A stretch of DNA of 32,000 nt from Clostridiales bacterium UBA5888 (GCA_002431965.1 DJEW01000016.1:29356-61355), one strand, 5' to 3'. Numbered from the stretch's first letter, positions 16,329 through 25,584 are shown. The notes: generated from the letters alone by a model not told the origin. Program-made: numbers and translations.

Positions 16329-16360
16329 CCGCCCAGAGCCGCAGCGCGGCTCTGGGGCGG
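16329..16360 (+). other. Intercistronic GC-rich hairpin between the binding-protein and permease genes
   Basis: CCGCCCAGAGCCGC-AGC-GCGGCTCTGGGGCGG (14/15 nt, one bulge) with no T-tract. Typical of mRNA-stabilising or partial-termination elements in ABC operons. Confidence 0.5.
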
Positions 16361-16400
16361 AAGCGCAAATCAGAGTATCAAACTTCAGAGAAGAGAGAGG

Positions 16401-17306
16401 ATGTGCGCTGTGAGTACATTTTTTCAGACGCTTATCGTCGGGCTTCGTCTTGGCAGCATTTACGCGCTTATCGCGTTGGGCTACACGATGGTCTACGGTA
16501 TCATAAGACTTATAAATTTTGCCCACGGTGATTTCATCATGGTGGGCGGCTACACGATGATTTTTGCAATTCCGGCAGTGTTGGCACTCGGACTTCCGGC
16601 ATGGGTTTCCGTCATTGCGGCAATCGCTGTGTGTGTGCTCGTAGGCATGGCGACGGAGCTGATCGCATACAGGCCAGTCAGAAAGAAAGGCACGGCAATG
16701 ACAGCGCTTATCACCGCCATCGCAATGAGTCTCTTTCTTGAAAACCTTGCGCAGGCCATCCCCGCTATCGGTCCGAACCCTAAGGTTGCAAGCCAGATAT
16801 TTGCCTCCGGCGGCATAAGCATAGGCTCTGTAACCATGGAGTACACCACGATCATCACGATCGTCATCAGCGCTGTAGTTATGATCGTGCTCTATGAGTT
16901 CACGCAGAAGACGCGCCTTGGCCGCGCAATGCGCTGCGTCTCCGAGGATAAGGCGGCTGCAACACTTATGGGCATCAATGTCAACCGCACCATACTTCTC
17001 ACCTTTGCCATTGGTTCCGGGCTTGCGGCTGTTGCGGCACTGATGTATATGGCGCAGTATCCAAAGGTTTACACGACCATGGGTTCACTTCTCGGTCTGA
17101 AGGCATTTGTATCCGCCGTTCTCGGCGGCATCGGCATTATCCCGGGCGCGGTGCTCGGCGGTATCGTAATAGGGCTTGTGGAATCGTTCACCACAAGCTA
17201 TATATCCTCCAGCATGGCTGACACATTCGTGTTCCTCATTCTCATCATTGTTCTTGTCATCAAGCCCGCCGGTATACTGGGCAGAAACGCAGGTGAAAAG
17301 GTATGA
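16401..17306 (+). CDS. livH: Branched-chain amino-acid ABC transporter permease LivH
   Basis: LGSIYALIALGYTMVYGIIRLINFAHGD motif and multiple TM segments. The GTG at 16410 has better RBS spacing than ATG 16401. Confidence 0.88.
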   Translation: MCAVSTFFQTLIVGLRLGSIYALIALGYTMVYGIIRLINFAHGDFIMVGGYTMIFAIPAVLALGLPAWVSVIAAIAVCVLVGMATELIAYRPVRKKGTAMTALITAIAMSLFLENLAQAIPAIGPNPKVASQIFASGGISIGSVTMEYTTIITIVISAVVMIVLYEFTQKTRLGRAMRCVSEDKAAATLMGINVNRTILLTFAIGSGLAAVAALMYMAQYPKVYTTMGSLLGLKAFVSAVLGGIGIIPGAVLGGIVIGLVESFTTSYISSSMADTFVFLILIIVLVIKPAGILGRNAGEKV

Positions 17307-18454
17307 AAAAAAGCAAAACCGCGCACGGTTATTTTCTCAACACCGCAGTTATTGTCATACTCTTCACGGTCTTTCAGATCATCACCGCCTTGCTTGGCAG
17401 CACGAGCGCTTTCAAGCTTGTGCTCGCACCGTGCCTGTGGCAGTGCTGCTATCTCATAATTCTCGCCGCGTCACTCAACCTTGTGCTGGGCTTTCTCGGT
17501 CAGCTGTCTCTCGGACATTGCGGCTTCATGGCAATCGGTGCTTACACTGCCGCACTTATCAGTCTCGCTTGCGAACGTGCAGGAGTGTTTGAGGATCAAA
17601 AGGGCGCGGCATTTATCCTCGTCCTTTTCGGCTGCATACTTGCAGCGGGTCTGCTCGCGGCGCTCGTCGGTCTGCTGCTTGGCATACCGGCGCTGCGTCT
17701 CAAAGGCGACTATCTTGCAATCATCACGCTTGGCTTCGGCATGATAATCATCAACGTGATAAACAACCTGCCGTTCTGCGGGCAGGACGGTCTCTCCCTC
17801 GGCTCTGCCGCCGCATCGCTGTATAAAAATGGGCTCGGCTTCGGCAGCAAGGGCAAGGTAACGTATCTGTGGGCTGCAATACTTGTGACCATTATATGCC
17901 TGACGCTGATGTTCATGTTTGTGCGTTCCAAATACGGCCGCGCAATACGCGCGATACGCGATGACGAAATCGCCGCATCTTCTTCCGGTATCAACACCTC
18001 TTTTTATAAGGTGCTCACATTCACCTACTCGGCATTCTTTGCCGGGATCGCGGGCGCGCTGTACGCCTGTGCAAACGCGACGCTCTCAACAGCGTCCTTC
18101 GCTTTCACAAACAGTGGAATACTCAACTCCACATTTGTTGTCGTAATGGTCGTGCTCGGCGGCATGGGGTCGATGACCGGATCTGTCGTCGCGGCAGTAA
18201 TAATGTTCCTTGTCAACTATGAGATAAAGAACGGCGCATGGGTCGCGTCGCTCCCTTCCTCCGTCAGTGGCATATTTGAGTATCCAATGCTCGTTTATGC
18301 GCTGGTATTGATAATCGTTATAATGTTCCGCCCCAAGGGCATATTCGGCAGTTATGAGTTCTCGCTGCAAAATCTCATTCCGGATATAAAGTCGGTGCAC
18401 GCAGCACGCGCTGCGGAAAAGAAAGAGCGTAAGGAGGCGGCAAACCATGGCTGA
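17303..18454 (+). CDS. livM: Branched-chain amino-acid ABC transporter permease LivM
   Basis: ATGA overlap with livH. LNLVLGFLGQLSLGHCGFMAIGAY and PALRLKGDYLAIITLGF motifs. Confidence 0.88.
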   Translation: MKKSKTAHGYFLNTAVIVILFTVFQIITALLGSTSAFKLVLAPCLWQCCYLIILAASLNLVLGFLGQLSLGHCGFMAIGAYTAALISLACERAGVFEDQKGAAFILVLFGCILAAGLLAALVGLLLGIPALRLKGDYLAIITLGFGMIIINVINNLPFCGQDGLSLGSAAASLYKNGLGFGSKGKVTYLWAAILVTIICLTLMFMFVRSKYGRAIRAIRDDEIAASSSGINTSFYKVLTFTYSAFFAGIAGALYACANATLSTASFAFTNSGILNSTFVVVMVVLGGMGSMTGSVVAAVIMFLVNYEIKNGAWVASLPSSVSGIFEYPMLVYALVLIIVIMFRPKGIFGSYEFSLQNLIPDIKSVHAARAAEKKERKEAANHG

Positions 18455-19223
18455 AAGCGAAAGGGTTCCCGTGCTTGAAACGCGCAAACTCGGCATAAGC
18501 TTCGGCGGTCTCAAGGCAGTCAATGACTTCAACATAAAAATATATGAGGGCGAGCTTGTCGGGCTAATCGGTCCGAACGGCGCCGGCAAGACCACGGTTT
18601 TTAATCTGCTTACGGGCGTTTATGTGCCAACCGAGGGCACTGTCATGCTCAACGGCGTGCCCCTCAACGGCAAAAAATCGTACCAGTTCGTCGAGGCAGG
18701 AATCGCACGCACGTTCCAGAACATTCGGCTTTTCAAAGATATGACGGTTATCGAAAATGTCAAAGCGGCGTTTACCAAAGATATACATTATAATCTCTTT
18801 GACGCCAGCTTGCGCACACCGAAGTTCTGGAAGGCTGAACGCGAGACGACAGAGAAAGCCATGGAGCTTTTGAAGCTGTGCCGGCTTGACGATGTGGCGG
18901 ATGTGCCGGCATCGGGTCTCCCATACGGTCGCCAGCGCAAGCTGGAGATTGCCAGAGCGCTTGCAACAGATATGAAGGTGCTGTTGCTTGATGAACCGGC
19001 CGCCGGCATGAACCCCACGGAGACTGCCGAGCTCGTTGACTGCATCAACACGATACGCGACCGCTTTGGCGTGGCGATATTGCTCATTGAGCACGACATG
19101 TCGCTCGTGATGAACGTATGCCAGCGTATACAGGTGATAGACTATGGGCAGACGATCGCCGCCGGTCTTCCGGAAGAGATTGCGAAGAACCCCAGGGTCG
19201 TCGCGGCGTATCTTGGCACATGA
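18447..19223 (+). CDS. livG: Branched-chain amino-acid ABC transporter ATP-binding protein LivG
   Basis: GPNGAGKTT, LPYGRQRKLEIARAL, LLLDEPAAGMN. 8-nt overlap with livM. Confidence 0.9.
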   Translation: MAESERVPVLETRKLGISFGGLKAVNDFNIKIYEGELVGLIGPNGAGKTTVFNLLTGVYVPTEGTVMLNGVPLNGKKSYQFVEAGIARTFQNIRLFKDMTVIENVKAAFTKDIHYNLFDASLRTPKFWKAERETTEKAMELLKLCRLDDVADVPASGLPYGRQRKLEIARALATDMKVLLLDEPAAGMNPTETAELVDCINTIRDRFGVAILLIEHDMSLVMNVCQRIQVIDYGQTIAAGLPEEIAKNPRVVAAYLGT

Positions 19224-19236
19224 GGAGGAGATAAAA

Positions 19237-19941
19237 ATGCTTGAGATAAAGGATCTGAATGTGTTCTACGGCGCGGTGCACGCGATAAAGGGCATATCTC
19301 TGAACGTTGAGCAGGGAGAGCTTGTCTCTCTGATCGGTGCAAACGGCGCCGGTAAAACCACAACGCTGCACGCTATCTCCGGGCTTATCCCCTCCGCCTC
19401 CGGCACGATCGAGCTGGACGGACACAACCTGCAAAAGACTCCGCCCGACAGGATAATCTCGCTCGGGCTTGCACATGTTCCCGAGGGGCGTCATGTGTTC
19501 GCACGCATGACGGTTGAGGAAAATCTGCGCATGGGCGCGTACATTATCCGCGACGCTCAAAAGATTAACAAAAACCTTGAGATGGTGTACTCACATTTTC
19601 CGCGGTTAAGGGAGCGCCGCCGTCAGCTCGCCGGAACGCTCTCCGGCGGTGAACAGCAGATGCTTGCCACCGGGCGCGCGCTGATGACGGATCCGTCGAT
19701 CGTTCTTATGGACGAGCCGTCAATGGGGCTTTCGCCGCTTCTGGTGAAAGAAATATTTGCCATTATCCGGGAGCTGCACGAGAGCGGGATAACTATTCTT
19801 CTTGTCGAGCAGAACGCAAAGATGGCACTTGCCGTGTCTGACAGGGCATATGTGCTGGAGACAGGCAAAATATCCATGTCCGGAAATGCGGCTGAACTCG
19901 CCGAGGATGACCGGGTACGCAAGGCGTACCTCGGTGCATAA
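19237..19941 (+). CDS. livF: Branched-chain amino-acid ABC transporter ATP-binding protein LivF
   Basis: GANGAGKTTT, LSGGEQQMLATGRAL, VLMDEPSMGLSP. GAGGAGG lies 8 nt upstream of ATG 19237. Confidence 0.9.
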   Translation: MLEIKDLNVFYGAVHAIKGISLNVEQGELVSLIGANGAGKTTTLHAISGLIPSASGTIELDGHNLQKTPPDRIISLGLAHVPEGRHVFARMTVEENLRMGAYIIRDAQKINKNLEMVYSHFPRLRERRRQLAGTLSGGEQQMLATGRALMTDPSIVLMDEPSMGLSPLLVKEIFAIIRELHESGITILLVEQNAKMALAVSDRAYVLETGKISMSGNAAELAEDDRVRKAYLGA

Positions 19942-19955
19942 GGAGAGGTGTGCAT

Positions 19956-20582
19956 ATGGGAAAATTCATAATAACCGTCGCACGTGAGACCGGCAGCGGC
20001 GGGCACAACATCACAAGAAAGCTGTCGGACGCGCTGAATGTGCCTTATTATGACCGTGACCTCCTTCGCCGCGCATCAGAGGTGAGCGGAATAAACGAAG
20101 GCTTGTTCGGGCGGGCGGACGAGCGCATCGGCTTCAGACAAATGATCTCCGCGGCGGAAAAGGTATACACCGGTGATATCCTTCCTCCGGACAGCGACGA
20201 TTATATATCCACAGCCAATCTCTTCGCTTTTCAGGCAAAAATAATAAAAGAGCTTGCCCAACAGGAGAGCTGCATTATCCTTGGGCGCTGCGGGAACTAC
20301 CTGCTTGACGGTGTTGACGGCGTGCTGCGCGTATTTATTCACGCCCCGCTTGAAAGCCGCATAGCCCGCGTCGCGTCCTATTCCCTGGCGTGGTCAGAGC
20401 GCGAGGTCGCGCGGCATATCCGTGTTGAGGATAAGCGCCGCGCCGCGTACTATCACTACTATACCGGTGAGGAATGGCGCGATGCGGGGGCGTATGATCT
20501 GTCTCTCGACTCGGAAAAGCTTGGTGAGGACGGCTGCGTGGAGCTTATAATGCAGGTGCTGCCGCTGTACGGCGCGAAGTGA
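19956..20582 (+). CDS. Cytidylate-kinase-like family protein (Cytidylate_kin2-type P-loop)
   Basis: IITVARETGSGGHNITRKLSDALNVPYYDRDLL N-terminus typical of this family. Begins 15 nt after livF, with AGGAGAGG as RBS. Confidence 0.65.
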   Translation: MGKFIITVARETGSGGHNITRKLSDALNVPYYDRDLLRRASEVSGINEGLFGRADERIGFRQMISAAEKVYTGDILPPDSDDYISTANLFAFQAKIIKELAQQESCIILGRCGNYLLDGVDGVLRVFIHAPLESRIARVASYSLAWSEREVARHIRVEDKRRAAYYHYYTGEEWRDAGAYDLSLDSEKLGEDGCVELIMQVLPLYGAK

Positions 20583-20588
20583 TGGCTA

Positions 20589-20628
20589 AAAAGAGCACAC
20601 GGATTCTTTGTCATCCGTGTGCTCTTTT
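20589..20628. terminator. Bidirectional intrinsic terminator
   Basis: 15-bp perfect stem AAAAGAGCACACGGA / TCCGTGTGCTCTTTT with a 10-nt loop, between convergent genes. Confidence 0.75.
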
Positions 20629-20634
20629 GCCGTC

Positions 20635-22347
20635 TTACAAGTTTTTTATCTGGTTTTGTATCAGCTTGCCCACCGTATCCGCGAGCATATCCAGCGATTG
20701 TATGCGTGCAAAGTCGCGCCCATAAACGGTCTTTGCCGAGGGCAGATCCTCGTCGTCGCCCGTGAAAACGCAGACAACGGATATTCCGTCCGCCCGTGCG
20801 CGGCGCACCTCAAGCGCGCTGTCGGTGACGCCCGCAGCCTGCTCGTACGGCTCTGCCTCTCCGCCCGTCTTCGACGGTATCTTCACAACGTCGTTCGGCT
20901 TCACATCCGAAAGGACAATCAGCAGCTTGTGCTCATATGAGGACGAATTCATCAGGTAGTGCGCGGCTGAGATCGCAAGTCCATCGCGGTTGCAGCCGTT
21001 GGAAACATATTCAAATATACGCCGGTTATCCTGCGGTTTATCATAATCGCGGAAGATACGTACGATCGTATAACCCGTCATTGAGCAAAATGACATCACT
21101 CGGCACGGTATAGAGCATGCCGTGAGGCTTTCGGCTATCATATACCCCTGCGCCGAGACAATTTCCTGCCGTGATTTCTGCGAGGTTGAAGCGTCGAGCA
21201 GAATATCAACGGAAAGATCGCCCATATCGTCCTGCTCGTTTTTTATGAACACCTTTTCATCGTTCAGTACCGCAGCGCGCCAGGCAAGCGTCCCGTTTAT
21301 CCGCCCGGAGTTTGCCTTAACCGGCGCTGGCTGAAGATGCAGCAGAACAGAATTCTGTATCTTCGCGGTCAGCTTTGATATTGCAAGGCGGTTTTGCGCG
21401 CGCCGCGCGGCATAGCTGGCGCGGTTTTTTTCTATCTGCGCCGCCTCGCGCTGACGCGAAAGCGCCTCAAAACCGTTTTGTATCTTTGCAGCATCCGGTC
21501 GATCTCCGCGCGTAAAAAGCAGGTGGCACATGGCGTGACTGCCGGCGCAGAGCTTTTTCTCCATGTCATTTGTCTGCCGCGGAGAGAACGCGCTTTTACC
21601 GTATTTAGTCTCCATGAATTCACGCAGCTCGCTTTCGGTCATCTTTGTGCGCAGCTGCACATCCTGCTGCTGCCCAGCGCCTGAGCCGCCGTAGGCGTTC
21701 TCCGGATGCTCGGCGATGCCTATGCCGAACTTATGAAATGCGCCGCTCCCCTGCTTTTTGCCGCGCTTATGCAGCGCCGGGGTTATGAGATGCCGTTTAG
21801 CGCGCCTGCGCTCCTCTGTGCTTATTTGAAACCAGCATTCAAAGAGCTGCTTTGTGCGCGCAACGATTTCCTCCGTGGTCATGTCCGGCGTGAATTCCAG
21901 CTCGTCCAGCAGCTTCCGGTCATAACCGTTCAGCTCCGGTTCTTTGCCGAGTACACGCATGAAATGCGCGAGGCTGAGAGCCTCATATAAATGGTAATCA
22001 TCGTGCCCGGCAAAGCTTTTCACAGCGGCACGGGCATAGCTGGCGCGCAGCCCGGCAAGCGCAGGGCGCTGCGGAAGCTCAAGCTGATAGATGCTGTTCT
22101 CCAGCCCCAGCCAAAAAAGACCCTCGTATTCGTCCGCCTCCTCATACTGCTCAAACGCGCGAAAAAGCGGCACAAACTGTGCATAGTCATAATGCTTTCT
22201 TGCCGCGCCGAGAATGCAGTTCCAGTAGAGGTCAGCATTGCCCTCGCTGTCATACGCCTTAAAATCCGGTTGAAAATCATAGCGCCCCGCGCAGTTCCAT
22301 ATAATATTTAAAGCGCGCTTCTTCTGAAGCTCCGATATAGTGACCAT
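20635..22347 (-). CDS. NorD/CbbO/CobT-like protein with C-terminal VWA domain
   Basis: C-terminal VWA with MIDAS DASTS (VDILLDASTSQ) and LLIVLSDVKPND. Long helical N-terminal region. Start ATG abuts the stop of the upstream AAA+ gene (TAAATG). Confidence 0.75.
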   Translation of the reverse strand: MVTISELQKKRALNIIWNCAGRYDFQPDFKAYDSEGNADLYWNCILGAARKHYDYAQFVPLFRAFEQYEEADEYEGLFWLGLENSIYQLELPQRPALAGLRASYARAAVKSFAGHDDYHLYEALSLAHFMRVLGKEPELNGYDRKLLDELEFTPDMTTEEIVARTKQLFECWFQISTEERRRAKRHLITPALHKRGKKQGSGAFHKFGIGIAEHPENAYGGSGAGQQQDVQLRTKMTESELREFMETKYGKSAFSPRQTNDMEKKLCAGSHAMCHLLFTRGDRPDAAKIQNGFEALSRQREAAQIEKNRASYAARRAQNRLAISKLTAKIQNSVLLHLQPAPVKANSGRINGTLAWRAAVLNDEKVFIKNEQDDMGDLSVDILLDASTSQKSRQEIVSAQGYMIAESLTACSIPCRVMSFCSMTGYTIVRIFRDYDKPQDNRRIFEYVSNGCNRDGLAISAAHYLMNSSSYEHKLLIVLSDVKPNDVVKIPSKTGGEAEPYEQAAGVTDSALEVRRARADGISVVCVFTGDDEDLPSAKTVYGRDFARIQSLDMLADTVGKLIQNQIKNL

Positions 22348-23271
22348 TTATTTGTTGAATAGCTTGCTCTCGTCCAGCCCGGCGGGGATGCGCGCAGCGA
22401 TAACGTCGGATACGAGCTGACGCTCGAAATCGTCAAAGCTCTTATTGACAATACCCATCTCCAGCGCCTCGTCAAGCGTCAGTCCCTGCTGTGTCAGACC
22501 AACCGCGGCGAGCAGACCGCGCAGATCGAGCGCCTTTGTGGAGATTTCAGAGCTGTCGCACTTTGCCCGAAGCTCCTGAAAAAGCTCTGCAAGCTGATGC
22601 GCATATTCCTGACGGAGCGCAGGATGCTGTGCAAGCATGAGCTTTTCAAGGTTGTCCGCGGAGATTACCGGCATGTTGATGACCATAAAGCGCGAAGCAA
22701 GCGCCTCGTTTATCTCTCTTGTTCCGGCATATCCGTAGTTCATTGTGGCGATAAAGCGTGTGCATGGGGCAAGCTCAATGCGGTCGTAGCCGGGCACGTC
22801 AATAATATGGCGGAAATCAAGCGTGGCATGCAGCACGGAAAGCGATTCGTTCTTCGCCATGTTTATCTCGTCGAGCACCCCAAAGCCGCCTTCAGCGGCA
22901 CACTGATAGATCGGACCGCGGCGGAACGTCACCTCCCCGTTTTTGAACGTGTCCGTGCCGATGAGCGATGCGGCATCGGTGTTCAGATAAAACGAGATGT
23001 CCCACTGCGGACGGGCGAACACGGCGGCAAGGTTCTCCGCAAGTACGTTCTTGCCGGTTGCCTTCGGCCCGACGAGCAGCAGGTTCTCACCTGCCAACAA
23101 CGCAGCAAGCGCCTTGCGCCAGACCTCTGCGCCGTAATAGCGATACTTGGGCTGCGGCACGCGGTATGTCTGCGTGTCATTCACAGGATATTGGCGGCGA
23201 AAATCCTCAAGATGCGTGAGCGTTGTCTCTTCTATTCCCTCGCTGCGCAGAAAATCGAAAATTCCATTCAT
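22348..23271 (-). CDS. AAA+ ATPase, CbbQ/NorQ/MoxR (AAA_5) type
   Basis: Walker A LLLVGPKATGKN, Walker B GFGVLDEINMA, sensor-1 IATMNYGY, REINEALASRF. 307 aa. RBS AAGGAG. Confidence 0.8.
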   Translation of the reverse strand: MNGIFDFLRSEGIEETTLTHLEDFRRQYPVNDTQTYRVPQPKYRYYGAEVWRKALAALLAGENLLLVGPKATGKNVLAENLAAVFARPQWDISFYLNTDAASLIGTDTFKNGEVTFRRGPIYQCAAEGGFGVLDEINMAKNESLSVLHATLDFRHIIDVPGYDRIELAPCTRFIATMNYGYAGTREINEALASRFMVINMPVISADNLEKLMLAQHPALRQEYAHQLAELFQELRAKCDSSEISTKALDLRGLLAAVGLTQQGLTLDEALEMGIVNKSFDDFERQLVSDVIAARIPAGLDESKLFNK

Positions 23272-23316
23272 ATTTCTATCTCCTTTTTGACGGAGTATAT
23301 TTCCTTCTACGGCTGT

Positions 23317-23345
23317 ATTATATTCGTCAAAACCTGTTCCGTCAA
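23317..23345 (-). promoter_or_regulatory. Consensus-like sigma-A promoter for the AAA+/VWA pair
   Basis: On the minus strand: TTGACG (23345-23340), 17-nt spacer, TATAAT (23322-23317). Confidence 0.5.
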
Positions 23346-23352
23346 TCTAATC

Positions 23353-23381
23353 TTGCAATTTTTGTACACTGCGGATAAAAT
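23353..23381 (+). promoter_or_regulatory. Sigma-A-like promoter for the divergent plus-strand genes
   Basis: TTGCAA (23353-23358), 17-nt spacer, TAAAAT (23376-23381). Confidence 0.4.
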
Positions 23382-23387
23382 ATAAAA

Positions 23388-23424
23388 AGCACCGCATAAT
23401 GCCGCAGACGTATTGTGCGGTGCT
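23388..23424. other. Stable hairpin at the divergent promoter region (terminator-like on the minus strand; 5'-UTR stem-loop on the plus strand)
   Basis: AGCACCGCA / TGCGGTGCT (9 bp) with a 19-nt loop. A-run on the plus-strand 5' side gives a T-run after the stem on the minus strand. The first ATG of the plus ORF (23399) lies in the loop. Confidence 0.45.
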
Positions 23425-23470
23425 CTGCCATAACAACAAAAACGCAAATCAATTCATGGATGGTGAAGAA

Positions 23471-24154
23471 ATGGTCGAGCGCAGATTGCAGCACCCTATA
23501 CCCGCCGTTGACAGCAACGGTCTTCTTACATACGGGGGAAGCCAGCTTCTCTCCGACAGTGCAGTTATAAAAAAATGCGGCTGCGGAGTTGTGGCAGCCG
23601 CAGACCTTTTCATATATGCCCACCGCAATCGACCAGGTTGCAAATGCACGCTTTTTGACGGATTTGGACAGACGCTCCCCATCCCGCTGAAGGATTATAA
23701 TGCCGCGCTGAAAACACTATCTCGGAAATATTTCCCTCTCACTCCCCCGTTCGGGATAAACGGAATTGGGCTGGTATGCGGTATGAATCTTTTTTTCCGT
23801 ACTTATAGATACCCAATGCGAGCGCATTGGGGCGTGCGTTACAGCGAGCTATGGCACAGTATAGAGACGATGATCGATGCCGACCTCCCTGCTATTATTG
23901 CCGTCGGTCCGAATATGCCGCGCTTCTGGCAAAATAACCGGCTTGGACTGTATGCACGCCTGCCGGACGGCAGCCGCAAGCGCATCGGCGCAGTCAAGGC
24001 GCACTATATGAGCGTCACAGCTATTGACGATGAGTGGCTGACCGTGTCGTCCTGGGGACGCAGATACTGCATAAGCCGCAGTGAATACGATGCCTACACC
24101 CATGCATACAGCAACGGGATTTTATGCAACATTGTGCATATCAAAGCGCTGTGA
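23471..24154 (+). CDS. Hypothetical protein, putative papain-fold (C39-like/BtrH_N-like) cysteine peptidase
   Basis: GGSQLLSDSAVIKKCGCGVVAAADL (Gln then Cys) and a later KAHYMSVTAIDD (His, Asp) suggest a Q-C-H-D arrangement. Start is uncertain (23399, 23456 or 23471); 23471 follows GGTGA. Confidence 0.45.
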   Translation: MVERRLQHPIPAVDSNGLLTYGGSQLLSDSAVIKKCGCGVVAAADLFIYAHRNRPGCKCTLFDGFGQTLPIPLKDYNAALKTLSRKYFPLTPPFGINGIGLVCGMNLFFRTYRYPMRAHWGVRYSELWHSIETMIDADLPAIIAVGPNMPRFWQNNRLGLYARLPDGSRKRIGAVKAHYMSVTAIDDEWLTVSSWGRRYCISRSEYDAYTHAYSNGILCNIVHIKAL

Positions 24155-24189
24155 AGGCATATCCTATATAAACTGGATGAGCCGGAGTG

Positions 24190-25584
24190 ATGCGCCTGAA
24201 CACCATGATCCTGATAAACAATGCCCTCAGCGACTTTGTGTGGGGTCCTGTCATGCTCGCTTTATTTATCGCAGCGGGCGTGTATCTCTCTTTGAAGACC
24301 GGATTTGTCCAGCTCAGACTTGGCATTGTCTTCAGACACACTCTCGGTTCGCTTTTTCAAAAGCGCGAAATCAGCTCAGGCGGTGAGCTTACGCCTTTTC
24401 AGGCAATGACCACAGCGCTCGCGGGCACAGTCGGGACGGGCAATATCGCGGGTGTTGCGTTGGCGATGTTTTCCGGCGGTGCCGGTGCGGTATTCTGGAT
24501 GTGGATATCCGCATTCTTCGGCATGTGCACAAAATATGCGGAGATCGTTCTTGCCGTGCGATACCGCTTCATCGCTCCGGACGGAACGCGCCGCGGCGGC
24601 GCAATGTATTACATAGAGCAGGGACTTGGCAAGGAGTGGCGATGGCTTGCAGTGTGCTTTGCCGCACTTGGATGCGCTGCGAGCTTCGGTATCGGGAACA
24701 TGGCGCAGAGCAGCGAAATTGCCGGTGCGGCGCACGAACTTTGGGGCACAGAAAATACTTTGACAGGTCTCCTGCTTGCGCTGACTGTCGGACTGATTAT
24801 CATCGGCGGGATAAAACGGATCGGCGCGTTGACATCGTACCTTGTGCCAGCAATGACTGTTTTCTATCTGCTGGCGGGGCTTTTCATCGTTATCGTGCGC
24901 GCTGCGGAGATCCCGGCAATGCTCATGCGCATCGTGCGCGAGGCGTTCTCCCTGCGCGCAGCGGGCGGCGGCATATTGGGGTGCGGAATGATGCGCGCGA
25001 TGAGGCAGGGCTTTGCACGCGGCATATTTTCCAACGAAGCAGGGCTTGGCTCTGCGCCCATCGCCCACGCCGCCTCCTCTGCGGACGAACCGTGCGAGCA
25101 GGCAATGTGGGGCATTTTTGAAGTGTTTGCGGATACATTTGTCGTCTGCACGATCACGGCGTTTGCCATGCTGCTGTCAGGCGTGCTTGATACGCCGGGC
25201 GGCGTTTCGGTCTTCTCCTCCGGCGGTGCGGCGGCATCAGCGGCGTTTGACGCTGTTATTCCCGGTGGCTTCGGCGGGCGTATTATAAAATTCAGTCTCA
25301 TTCTCTTCGCCATTTCCAGCATCGTATGCTGGAGTTACTATGGTGAGAGCTGTCTTGCCTACCTCACCGGCGGCAGCGGTACAGCGCAGGAGATCTATAA
25401 GCTCGTTTTCGTTCTGTCCTGTTTTTTCGGCGCAACGGGGGCGGGTGCGCTTATGTGGGACATTTCAGATACCCTTAACGGGCTTATGGCAATACCGAAT
25501 CTTGCAGCGCTTGTGCTTCTTGGCGGCGAAGCGGCGAGGATCACGCGCGGATATTTTTCGGAAAGCGCTGATACCCTCGGTTAA
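24190..25584 (+). CDS. Alanine/glycine:cation symporter (AGCS family amino-acid carrier)
   Basis: FVWGPVML, FQAMTTALAGTVGTGNIAGVA, SNEAGLGSAPIAHA motifs. Start is ambiguous (24190 or 24205). Confidence 0.88.
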   Translation: MRLNTMILINNALSDFVWGPVMLALFIAAGVYLSLKTGFVQLRLGIVFRHTLGSLFQKREISSGGELTPFQAMTTALAGTVGTGNIAGVALAMFSGGAGAVFWMWISAFFGMCTKYAEIVLAVRYRFIAPDGTRRGGAMYYIEQGLGKEWRWLAVCFAALGCAASFGIGNMAQSSEIAGAAHELWGTENTLTGLLLALTVGLIIIGGIKRIGALTSYLVPAMTVFYLLAGLFIVIVRAAEIPAMLMRIVREAFSLRAAGGGILGCGMMRAMRQGFARGIFSNEAGLGSAPIAHAASSADEPCEQAMWGIFEVFADTFVVCTITAFAMLLSGVLDTPGGVSVFSSGGAAASAAFDAVIPGGFGGRIIKFSLILFAISSIVCWSYYGESCLAYLTGGSGTAQEIYKLVFVLSCFFGATGAGALMWDISDTLNGLMAIPNLAALVLLGGEAARITRGYFSESADTLG

